A DNA stretch of 64,000 nt from Ylistrum balloti (Eukaryota). The translations under genes were made by a program, and so were the position numbers. The DNA lies in assembly GCF_031769215.1 (NCBI RefSeq), contig NW_026782057.1, forward strand, positions 62,001-126,000. The letters are read 5' to 3'. The notes beneath the pieces were generated by a model. The model was not told where the DNA came from and searched no databases. It worked only from the letters and a program-made list of their open reading frames with translations. Position 1 is the stretch's first letter, and each line of letters starts with the position of its first letter. Positions 28,501-39,895 of the stretch are shown here, piece after piece.

Positions 28501-29029
28501 TTTGAATTTGGAAATATGTGCAATATGACGTTTAACTTGTTTGATGTTCGTTTGTAATCTTGTTGTTTACCTCGTTCTCATTTAAGAACGGAACATTGCA
28601 AACTTTGATGAACCAATGTAAAAGATGGCTGTTGATGATGAAAATGCTAACCCTTCAGGAACATCTGATCGTAAATGCATTAGAGTTGTAATTCTTTCTT
28701 TTGTTTACATTTTGTCCTAATTTGAGTTTAAATCGAGACTGAAATGTTAGTATTTGTTTGTTGCTTTTTCCGAAACAGTGTCTGCAATGCTTTCTATACA
28801 GAAAATCTGTTTCCCTTCTAGGTTTAACGGTAGTCACTCGAAAAACGCCAGCTCAGGACAGAGGTGTCATCGTAATTCATGCAATTGGACTGCACAATCT
28901 TTATATGGGTGTGAAATTCGCCTGAAGCATTATATCTGGATTAGAAAGTGACTTCATCTCATTTATATTGGTCGTGATATCGACATTTAATATGCGAGTA
29001 TTGCATTTTTGTACGATCAACGACTGATA

Positions 29030-29350
29030 ATGTTTATCTTTGGAATTGTTGTGTTGGCAATGCCAGCCCTGGTATTTCTTGATGTTAGCGTGTCAGATGA
29101 GGATATCATATACCTGAATTATGTAAAGTACGTGCGTGGATTTCGTTTACATAAGGGAGTATTCCGTGTGATTGATATCTCGTCTTATACATCATGTGTA
29201 AGGGAATGTCTATTTCGTGTACATTGCCATGGGATCACGTACCATCGGACTCGATTCTACTGCCACCTGGTTAACCAGTCTACTGACCTACAAGTGGTCA
29301 GTGATAATAACATAATCTCAAGCCATCCAACTGACTGGAATCCACCTAAG
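29030..29350 (+). CDS. Gene B exon 1: signal peptide + PAN/apple domain
   Basis: MFIFGIVVLAMPALVFL hydrophobic leader; SCVRECLFRVHCHGITYHRTRFYCHL (C-x3-C-x5-C-x11-C PAN core); ends WNPPK|GTAAAT. Confidence 0.88.
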
Positions 29351-32300
29351 GTAAATGTTATATAGTTGTACATAGCGTTTGGGAAAGCATAGTACCTGTT
29401 ACCTTATGTTTAGACTTCATGCCATTTGAATCTTTCAAAACCAATGGCTAACCTATTGTCATTGAAAATGAGAGACTAAAAACAGAAGAAAAAACATTTT
29501 GGTACGTTTTGTTGATGATATTTATTTCAAAACTACTCACAAAAATTAAAATAAAATGAACAAACCATTATAAGTTCATCAGGTTTTATTACATGTACAG
29601 TCACATCATCAAGAGGTTATCTAATTATGTTTTTGAGTCGGTTCAAGAGCGAGGTGGTGTGATCTGTCAACGGTTTTAACCAGAATAACTCGGGAAAATC
29701 AACGATGATTCTGTTACGTACCAGGTGTTGACTGTACTATTGTTATATTGTTGAAAATGGTACTGATGAAAACAAATACGTCTTACTGTAGTTCAACACC
29801 GATATATAATTATTACTATCGCCAAAATTTCTTTCAGAGAAATTAGAAAATTAAAGAATCTTTTGAAAATAAATGTTGCTAATAATTTAACGTCCATTTA
29901 CAGATAACGATAATAAGCGACCATGGTGATACCTGGGGTGTCATAATTATCCACATCATTGTACAACTAGTATTTAACATAGAAATATGTACAATTAACC
30001 AATTATGATATATTGTAATACATTAACATGCATTAAATCTTAATGTTGTATTCGTGATTGTATAGTTTAAACTATGCAACCTGTGATTGTGCAGAATTCT
30101 AAAGTGTTAGGCACTGTCTTACATGGCATTACTAGCTTAGATTAATAATGATTTACTTGGTAAGTTTCGTCGATAAAAGCAGAACACGCTTACTCTTCCG
30201 TATCGCCTTGTCTTATTCTCCTTGTAGTTTTTCAGGAGTCTCTTTGAAGATCTTTCTTTTGTTCTAGTTTCCCTGTAGTTTTATTGAATTTGAATTTGGA
30301 TTATGATTATGAGAAAATGTTTTATTTTATTCTTATTTTCAATGCTTTAAGATTATTTTTATGTAAAAGTAGCGTGTGATATATGTCAAATACATGTAAA
30401 GCTACTAAATATTGCTTGAAATTCTGGATTCCTTGTTAAACCATGGTTTCTTCTTTTTAGACTTAACATTTGAACGTTCAACATTACTAATATATAATAT
30501 CCACACAACGTTTTTTGAAAAGGGGTTCCATTGTATAAATTCCCTAGTAAATTTATTTATGCTATTATCAATGGATTCCTGATATTTTCGACATGTTGTT
30601 GTAACCTATCTGAATTCACTTCCGGAGGTCCATCAATAAATGTTAAACTTCCTCACTCTAAACGTATTTTGGGCCTTCAACGCCGTCAAAATCATGAACT
30701 ACAGGATCATCAGAAGTGACATTGTTTCAGTATGAAAATGAATGTATAAATGTGAATGATTGGAGAATTCAGTAAAATAACCGACAATAATTTTTTCCAG
30801 TAGAATGAAACAAACAAAAGGCATTATCAAGTAATCAATCACACTCATGTCATTCGATCCACATTGTGTAAAGTCATTTGAGGAACTATCAATATCCCTA
30901 CCATTCATAATACAAAGATCCGTAGTTTTATAAAAGTTAATCAATGTAAAACCGAATCCATTTACACCAGAATCTGGGTTAACTCTCCCTGGTGAATTCC
31001 TATCTGAATAGTCATCAAGATAATTAAAAATGGATTCAGTGTGGTTCCAGAAACGCTCAAGAAATGTACATTTGTATCATGTGCAATAAAATCGTATTTG
31101 TATGTTTGACTATTTAAGTTTCCGATAAACATATCATGTGTTCAAAGAACCAAAATATATATTTTTTTCTATTTCTTGCAAATATCACATTTGTATAGCA
31201 AATAAAATTACGAAGAACTAAAGGGGAACGTAGGATAATATGATAATAATGTCTTTAGCATAGTGAACAAGTCGGCTGTCAATAGTGAATGGTATAAAAA
31301 TATTAAAAGAATTATCAACAAATATGAAATACAATTCTTTATTAATAGTACATTTCAACCACTTTGATTACATCGTTTTTTCATTTTTTTCTAGGGAGTA
31401 CAGCACTTTTGAAGATTTCTATTGTCTATTGAATAATCATTTGGAATCCAACATTCAGATGTCAATACAATATCGCGTGTTAAAATACAATTATTCAAAT
31501 TTGGTCCAATTAACTTTTGACCAAAACCACCATTGAAATTCCAAAACAAACAAATTATAATTATGGAAATCAAGGTTATACTGTCCAGGTGTAGGATTAC
31601 CATTACAATGCTCCCTCCGACATCCCTAACTGTTGGTGGAGGCACTCATATTCCTCCTTAACCTTTCATAATCAGGGCGCTTGAAGTTGGCTGGGTTTCA
31701 AGAACGTCGCAATATGATCGTCCGTAACAGTCAGATGTACCATTACGTTTAACACTGGTCTTCCATTGCATCAGGTGATGGAACATGCATTTTGCTACAA
31801 TATACAATTTATCGCACACAAGACAAGTTGTAACAACGGTAACAAAGCGTCGACTAGTTATTGACTATCCTGATTCAATTCCAAGGTTTGGTTGAGATAT
31901 ACGTCCCTTGTCTGTACATCATCTTCTATTTTTTCTCCAGAACATCGTATAGAGTTCATTGATACCCATCTACATTGCCATTGTTTTGTTGACAGTGGTA
32001 GGATGTAGAAACATATTAGATATACAATGCTGCTCTTTGTTGACAATTTCATTTCCATTGTCTGTGATAATCTATAAGGAATAACCGTACCTTGGAAATA
32101 TCTCTTTGATGATGGGTTATACAATGCTATCAGCTGATTGATCTGACAGGCTGAATGTTTCTGGCCGTTCAGTACAGGTCAATGAACGACACTTTTTATT
32201 TATTGCCTGACAGTGTTGTTAGGTAAGGACATTGAAAGGCTAAGCCAATCTTTGCAAATGGATACAGAAGTATTTCTTGTGTTGACGCCTACAATTTCCG

Positions 32301-35300
32301 CTTCGTATTTGGGGAAAAATAATAATCTTTATAAAGTCATAACTGTTATTAAAGGGCAAGGAGATTGTGGTACTATTTGATAAGTAAAATTTCCAGTTCC
32401 TAAGGAATGTACAAACATAATCTTGAATCGCCCGAATTTTCGTTAGACCAAGTGACGTTTCTCCTCCATCTTAATAGCATTCCCACTGTTTGAATGCAAT
32501 TAATTCCTACTACATTTGTATATCTTTATCATTGCCCTGTTTCTTTTGTATATTCCTGTTATGCTCCACTCTGGTTTGCTGAGTTTATCAGGTGCATCTT
32601 TGTCGCGAGTTACGTGTTCTCCCGGATCAAACTTATTAGAATCAAGGTGCTTATTTCTATTGCGCGAGTTTCTATCTCGTGTTACTCGTCCACAAGCTCC
32701 TTAGAGGTTTCTTTGTTCTTGTCACCGTCATTGTCGGATTTTCGTGACAGCGCAGTTTCAACCCTTGCGCTACATTTTGTATCTTTTTGTTCTTCATCTG
32801 CGAATTTAGATATATTTTAGTTTGTGATCTGTCTTGAGGACAAAATTGGCATTTAGTAATCTTATTTTTGCAAAGAACACTTCCAATTCTTTGACAGGTC
32901 ATTTTGTTTGTGAATGGCTGAGCCTTAGCGGCAAATAGTGAAGCGCCATTTTTACACCATTTTATGACATCTGTATGAGGCATACTCAAATACACGTATC
33001 ATTGGCATCGGTGTACAATGTGTAAGGTTTTTTGGCATCTGGGTAAGCTAGTAGTGGTGCTACGTTCAAGCTTTCCAAACCTATTTTGGCATTCAGCGTC
33101 ATGTGAAACCTTGCAAGCTTGTTTTGTAATTTCGACTATCAGAAAGAAGTTAGAAGGATCGGTTTTCAGGGCGAGATTACACGGCTGATATACATTTCCT
33201 TTTCTTAGTTTTCTGATGGTGCAGGGCAAGATGTCACTGTTTACTTTAAACATCTTCAGCATTAATTCGTCCATTATTATTTTTTTCCAATTCTAAATAT
33301 CTTATTGTTATTTTCTCCATCATTAATACCCTGTCCATTAGTTTTTCTCTTTTTTTATGTGAACTAACTATATCAATGGTTTGTGGAAAGTTGAGAAAAC
33401 ATTAAAATGCGGCTTGAACAAACAAGTACTAACATGGCAAAATAACCTTTCCCCGTGCGAAGCTCCTCCTCAGCGAAATTCTAGTCTGGGCACAAATTGG
33501 AGCTTGTTGCTGAACAGAGGAATAAGTCAGTCCTCTTATTTGGAATTATTATTTAATCAGGTTATGTTACCTGTAAATGTACATCATCCAGGGTTGATAA
33601 CATGATTTTGTACCTAATCCAAGAACGAGGTATGTGCTCTGTCAATGGTAATGACCTAAAATACTCCAGAAAGTCCTGCGTATGGATGTATAAATGCATC
33701 TGTTACAACGCATGCACAATTGAAAACATTTACTGCTTAATGTAATTCAACATCGTCATAGTATTACAGAGTCCTTTACGTTTATTCATCAGCATAATTA
33801 AGTTAATTATAGCTAATTTGACAGTTGGTGACTATTTTACTTCAGATTTCGAACAAACCTAAAAGCAACATAAAAAAATAATGAAAATGCAAATGTTATC
33901 ATGAATTGATGTAAATCAAGCCGAGCCGAATTTCAGTGTTTTATGTATTTTTTTTTTACTTTTACAAATAATTAATGAGAATGAAAGAAATATCATATAT
34001 CATTATATATCATACATATAAATTCAAGAAAACACATTCTGGACATACATATGTTTTAATAACGTTATTAGTTTGGGCGTAATATTACGACCTATTGTAA
34101 AATTGCATTAGTTAGATATGCAAAACTGACTACCTTGAGATTGGCGCCGTTTATTAACTCTAGTCCGGAAATGGAAATTGTCAATTTTATGGGACGACTT
34201 TTCTTTGAGTGAGTTGACGATTCTGGAGACTATTTGATCATATGCAAAATTGTATATATATATATATTGTGCATTTAACTGGGTTTTTTTTTTATCAAAT
34301 TACTTTTCATTGTAACTTCACATACATTAAAAAAAATTTACAATAAATTTTCTTATTTTTAATCAAACAATCAACATTTAGAATGTGGCCGTGATGTACC
34401 AGTAGACTACTTTTCTTGTAGTGTAACTTGCAGTTGTTTTCGTTGCAATCACATACACGTTCAGTGTACATTTTACATTTTATCGACTCCTTATTGCTCA
34501 GTAACATCATGAAAGCCATTCTGCATTTTATACCATTACATTCGTAAATATTCTTAACATCAGCTTCTGTGGTATCTAAAGGTCTTATTCATGTGCTTAG
34601 ATCCATGTTAAATTTGTCAATTGAGAACGCGTTTACATGATTTTGCTAGAAGATATACATAAAAGACTATAACCTATTAAATAAGGTCCATGAATACTAT
34701 CGTATTGCTTAGTTTGTCATAAGGAATTAACTATGTACTTTAATCATAATTTTGGGTAAAATGTTCAGATACAAGAGGTTGAATTCACTCTTTACTTTTG
34801 AAAGAAGGTATCTGAGTACATGCACAGAACGAGGTCGGGTTTAATGACAGCTAGTATTCCTGACATGTATTTTAAATAATGCCCTTTACGTACATGTTTA
34901 AAAAGATCAGAGACGGCAAGTATTCATTATTCAGCACATGAACTTAGAATGAAGGTCTCTGAGTACATTTGTTCTAGTGATAAAAGGTTACTGTTCGCTC
35001 TTCGAACCCTAGCCTTAACATCGACACTGGTTCTTACATTAATGGAGGTCTACCTCTTCCATTCATTGACAAGGGAGGCTTGTTGTTTCATAATTGAATT
35101 GCCCACACATGTATCGTAAAGTAACGGTAGATATGCATTGTTCAGCATATCTATTTCCGTAAAACAACATGTATTGTTATGTAACATCTACATTTTAAGT
35201 ATATCTAATTTGTGACTTAAAAGAGTAAATAAAAATTGTATTTTATTGGTTCTTCCTTTTAGAAAATGTGACGAATTTTGATATTATGTAAATGATACAG

Positions 35301-38300
35301 AAGACGGACAAGTGAGTAGCATTTTTTTTTAAAGGAAAAATATGATTAGATACGCTAAGTACTAAATCAAACTGCATCACATGGCTGTTTTACTGTTCCT
35401 GGAGTCGTCGTAAATGTTGAGGGCCTAAATTGTGGAAGCCTAGGAGGTATCAAACCTGATCGAAACAGATGTTCAATCGTTAATAGGAGATGCACTGATC
35501 CTAAAATTTAATACAATTTTTTATTTCGATTTATTCCAGGATATTGCTAAAAACTGTTCTGAAAAACCATGTGGGTCCGGACAGAGATGTACTGAACTTT
35601 CGTCTGGCAATATTGTGTGTATTAATACAGGTAAGTGTTAGACAGTCATAGGAACCGGCATCCATTAGAATAATCAACCATGATCATTGGCCAGCTGGCA
35701 TTTATATTCAAATTTAGTTATTGTCTCCTGTTCAATTTCCATTGTCTCGAACATTGTCATTCTTACCAGCTTTAGCTGTCCAGTTGAAAGTCATTCATTC
35801 GATAATTTGCTGGTATCAACATATTATTTGGATAATAAATCAGTAAATTGAATCGTCACGCTTCAGTTGTCCTCTCCTTACAAAATTTCTGTAAATTTCA
35901 TACTTTGTCTCAATAGTATTCATTCGCAAACAATTGGTAGTCCGTGTACTGTGGCTCGGAAAAAAACTCTTTCCGTCTTTGTCTAGTTTTGTTTTTTGAG
36001 TTAACACGGTACAAAATCAATGAAAAGAATTAATATCTTAAGGAATGAAATTAAACAAGAGATTTATTTTGCAGGAAATGAACACACTCAGTATTCATTG
36101 TAGGTTTGATTTTAATACCTACTTTCATTTATTAACCACCATCTGCATATTCGATAATGAATGTGCTTACAATAAAGTTTTTATGAGAAGCAATAAAACA
36201 GCCAGACATAATGATAACGAACATCGAATACTCCTAACCAAAGATATTGCTGAAACAAGCATATTTCCCAAGGCGACAATGACACTTTCTCATAGTCTTC
36301 GTCACACGAAATCGTGTATTGTAAGTTTACCTGCCAGTTTTTTTTACACGGAAATCATGATACTAGATATTGTATTTTCAGGAATCAGGAATTATTCGAT
36401 TATATGTGGAAAGAGTGTTCTTTTTGGCTGCATTTTAGGAAAAGATCGATATAATAGTAGAAAAAAAGTCTGTCATGTTCCCGTTTTCAATTCTGGTGAA
36501 TGTTTGGGCATTGGTCAATAGAATTATTGAATATATGATCAATATATCTAAATTGAAATTGAAAAAAAATGACAAGAATGACTTGAATGTTGCTGATTTT
36601 AATGAACTTTTCGGAAAGATGTCTTTTGAAAACAAAGACAAACCAGTGAACAGAGACACACAGTAAGTCCCCTTGGATATTGTTATAGTCTGTCGGAAAC
36701 GTTTACCACAAAATTTACTGATGAATTCAATCATTCGTACAATTTCATTATTTGTCAGTATATTTTATCTTACTCTTAGAAAGAATGAGTTCTGAGTTCT
36801 CTAAAATCCACATTAAAAATTTTCGACTTGTCGAGTATACAGTAGCACAACAAAACTATTTTTATTACTGCTTTGATAATACTACGGGTCCAGGAGCCTG
36901 GAAAAACGATTGAGATGAATTAGACAATCAAGTTACAAAATTAAAAAAAATACAAAAAGTGGTTGATATATATTCTTTATTAAATATACGAATACTAACA
37001 ACGAGGTGGGGATGTCAGTGTCAGCCTTAACTGTTTAATTGTGATTTCCATTTCCACAGAATGTTCCGATCCGCCGGAAATGACGTTATCCACCACATCT
37101 AGTTTAAGGTCCGTTGGCATTACTATTAGTAACGAATACCTTTCTAACTCCTCATTCACAAACGTCACATGTGTAACGGAAAGCATCACATGTAAGGCAG
37201 ACAATACGTGGACAAGTCCGAAGTACACATTCAAACGTGAGTATGAAAAATTAATATTTCGAATTAAACATTCATGAGGATGTTTTCTTTCGATCAGATT
37301 TTGCATGGTTTAGTGTTTATTGGTAAATATTTGAAGTCGATAAGAAGTTTTTACACACTGCTGCAAGGCTATATACCTACCTCTGTAGTCAGTTTTGTCT
37401 GTCACGGAGAGAAGTGTACCTACACCTGTATGAGTATTGGGAACATTACCAGAGCAGTTCCTTGTACATACACTAGCCGATACTAGAAGACAGTACAGTG
37501 TCTAACTAAAGGTTTATGGTTGTCTTAACAACGTTCTAAAGAACGGATTGCCGTCATTTATTTCATATGATAATGCAGAGGACAGGTGTAGAGAAATATA
37601 TTGTTCTTTTCTACGTTTATGGTATTTGCTTTTCTGAATTATTGGAGGAAAAATGAATAAATATACGGTTGTTTATAGAAGTNNNNNNNNNNNNNNNNNN
37701 NNNNNNNNNNNNNNNNNNNNNNNNNNNNNNNNNNNNNNNNNNNNNNNNNNNNNNNNNNNNNNNNNNNNNNNNNNNNNNNNNNNNNNNNNNNNNNNNNNNN
37801 NNNNNNNNNNNNNNNNNNNNNNNAATGAAATAAAAACCTGCGGGGCGTTTCTTTGAATTTTTTGAAACGTTGTAAATATACCTAATAAACCATGCATAAT
37901 TTTACAATCAATGAAACTGCCGGGCGTTTGTTTTATTCTTTTTAAACATTGCAAACCTATCTCATAAAATTTGTAATTACTTTTATATTTTCTCAGCGTG
38001 TCCCTTGGAATTTCAAATTGTATCCGATGCCTATTGTATCCTGCTTGTGACAAATCAATCATTGACGGCAACCGACAGTGATGAGTACTGCCAGACAAAA
38101 GGAGGCCGACTTATCTGGATGACAAGCGTGGAAAAGTTCGATGCCGTCGAAGCCGTTATTAGTGAGTAGAATTATTTCAATACTTACCAAGCTATACATT
38201 TTGTCGTGTTTTAGATTTATAAAGCTCAATCGGAACACGTTTCATCTCAAATAGTGATGTGCAATATGAATCTGGACATGTTTGGTACTCATTACTTTGC

Positions 38301-39895
38301 ATGTTGCTTCCGTTGTTGTATACCTTGTTCACATTTTATGACGTGACTTTACTTACTTGCATTGACCAAGATTTCTATCGCGGGTGTCGCCGATGAAGCA
38401 GAAGCGTTTACTGTCCCTGAACATGTGATCTTACTTTCCTATTACTTTTTCAGGAGTCTTCGTGTTAATCTTTCTTTTGTTCCTGTTTTGTCACGATTTG
38501 ATCGAATTTGATTATGATTATGTCGACTTGTTGTTATTTTCTTGCTGTTATTGTACTTAAGACACACAGGTTAATAGGTCCTTCCAATACAAATTCAGAA
38601 TTAAATATAACAGAACCAGGTCATGAATTCAACTGTATTATACAGCTGTTCCGTCCCTCTACGAGTTGCTTAAGGCCTAAATTTTGAAACCAAGGAGGCG
38701 ACTAAGAAAACCAAAATCGACCGATAGAAATAACTCTATGAATTAACTGTTGTGTTTAAAATGAAGTTTCATTTCACTTCGATAGGTAATCCAACAGTCT
38801 AGCCCAAAAATATTTTATTTGAGAAAAGACATGTTTATAGTTAAAATTGTATTTTCGATGGATCAAATTTTGGAATTCACCAAATTCTGCACTTTTTACA
38901 CGGAATCCATCAAACAGAATATAGTTTCCTGCCCTTTTAATTTCATTTCCAAACTTCATTCTTTCTTTTTCTTGATTTCACTGTGTTTTCCAATATACAG
39001 ATAACTAGAAACATTTACAAAATGTTTAATTACCTGATCCGTCTAAGTTCTCTTAATGAAGGCCCCGATGGCTTGCACCATGTAAATGGTAGGGGACATC
39101 CAAGGCGTGTAATTATCAGAATAAGGGAATGAAGGGAACTTTAGGTAATGAAGGGACCTTCAGGTAATTAAGGGAACTTTAGGTAATGATCCGTGGTGTG
39201 TGATCATAGGAATAAAGAATTTTTCGATGAGTATGAGCATCGCAATAACGGAACTTCAGGTGAAGATCCTAGATGTGCGACCGTTGGAATAATGGACCTT
39301 TAGGTTAAGATCCAATGTGTGCGAGCATTAGAATTAGGGACGTTCAGGTAATGAAGTTAACTTAAGATAATGATCCGAGGTGTGTGAGCATCGCAATTAC
39401 GGAATTACAAATGAAGATCCGAAGCGTGTGGTTTTATCTCTGTTTGAGCGATATGTGTTCTTTTGGAAGTTGAGACAGTTAATCATCATTTAATATCGTG
39501 ATTGTATACTTTTTTTTTAAATATGCTGTTGAGCTCCAGCACTTTTTACTGTTCCAAAGAGCTCAAAGACGGTACCGATATTTTGCTGTGGATTTGTCAT
39601 AATGCTATACAAAGAATTTCTGACATAATATGTTGTTTTGTTCAAAATGAATATATTTTACAACATTATATATGTTATCATTGCAGCATCCGGGAGATAC
39701 TTTTTGGCAGGAACAGACGTAGATGTTGAAGGCATATGGAGATTACCTAATGGTGAAGAGATGACGTGGATAGGAAGTCGAGGGACAGAGTTAAAAACCG
39801 ATGTTGAGGATTGTCTAACCTATGACAGTAGTAGAGGGAAATTGAGGGATATTTATTGCGACAAAACAAAAAACTTCATATGCGAAGTTGTATAG
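29030..39895 (+). CDS. Gene B: secreted PAN - EGF/FOLN-like - Sushi/CCP - C-type lectin domain protein, join(29030..29350,35540..35630,37060..37236,37997..38161,39687..39895), 320 aa
   Basis: Five exons with canonical GT/AG sites splice by hand into one open 963-nt frame ending in TAG at 39893-39895. AATAAA lies at 39925-39930. Exon 2-5 lengths (91/177/165/209) and phases (0,1,1,1) are identical in paralog C. Domain calls come from Cys spacing and motif recognition, not from a database search. Confidence 0.88.
31835..33253 (-). mobile_element. Mirror copy of the decayed Gypsy pol remnant in gene B intron 1
   Basis: Reverse complement of ~6264-7790. Confidence 0.8.
35540..35630 (+). CDS. Gene B exon 2: 4-Cys EGF/FOLN-like module
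   Basis: ttccAG|DIAKNCSEKPCGSGQRCTELSSGNIVCINT|GTAAGT; C-x4-C-x5-C-x9-C. Confidence 0.88.
36385..36760 (-). mobile_element. Third Penelope-like RT fragment (gene B intron 2)
   Basis: Degenerate match to the F.GR.FQQT.GI.MGT.C and FNF.RYID region (reads FCGKRFRQTITISKGTYCV and RYIDH), followed by MTD..DLFL. Confidence 0.55.
37060..37236 (+). CDS. Gene B exon 3: degenerate Sushi/CCP domain
   Basis: cacAG|ECSDPPEM...VGITISNEY...ITCKADNTWTSPKYTFK|GTGAGT; 177 nt, phase 1-1. Confidence 0.85.
37683..37823. other. Assembly gap (N run) in gene B intron 3
   Basis: 141 N. Confidence 0.99.
37997..38161 (+). CDS. Gene B exon 4: C-type lectin domain, N-terminal half
   Basis: ctcAG|PCPLEFQIVSDAYCILLVTNQSLTATDSDEYCQTKGGRLIWMTSVEKFDAVEAVI|GTGAGT. 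Not in the supplied ORF track. Confidence 0.88.
39100..39430. repeat. Degenerate ~44-bp tandem repeat (gene B intron 4)
   Basis: Recurrent GCATCGCAAT..GGAACTTCAGGTGAAGATCC.AGATGTG units plus shorter ~19-bp AGGGAACTTTAGGTAATGA units. Confidence 0.7.
39687..39895 (+). CDS. Gene B exon 5: C-type lectin domain, C-terminal half
   Basis: tgcAG|TSGRYFLAGTDVDVEGIWRLPNGEEMTW...EDCLTYDSSRGKLRDIYCDKTKNFICEVV*. Confidence 0.9.

Larger units (their letters stand above)
21221..35682. repeat. Right arm of giant inverted segmental duplication (may extend beyond 35682)
   Basis: See left arm; mirrored ORFs appear in the track (10041-10397 - versus 29009-29365 +; 7410-7646 + versus 31858-32124 -). Confidence 0.95.

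Noticed and set aside
29009-29365. ORF-track proteins starting MYDQRLI and ending VNVI (also 10041-10397)
   Set aside because: The start is a TTG with an in-frame stop shortly upstream; the likely start is ATG 29030, and the tail reads through the splice donor at 29351.
37653-38098. ORFs spanning N gaps (also 41319-41591)
   Set aside because: Length is inflated by Ns; the real exon 4 lies on the opposite strand of the longest one.
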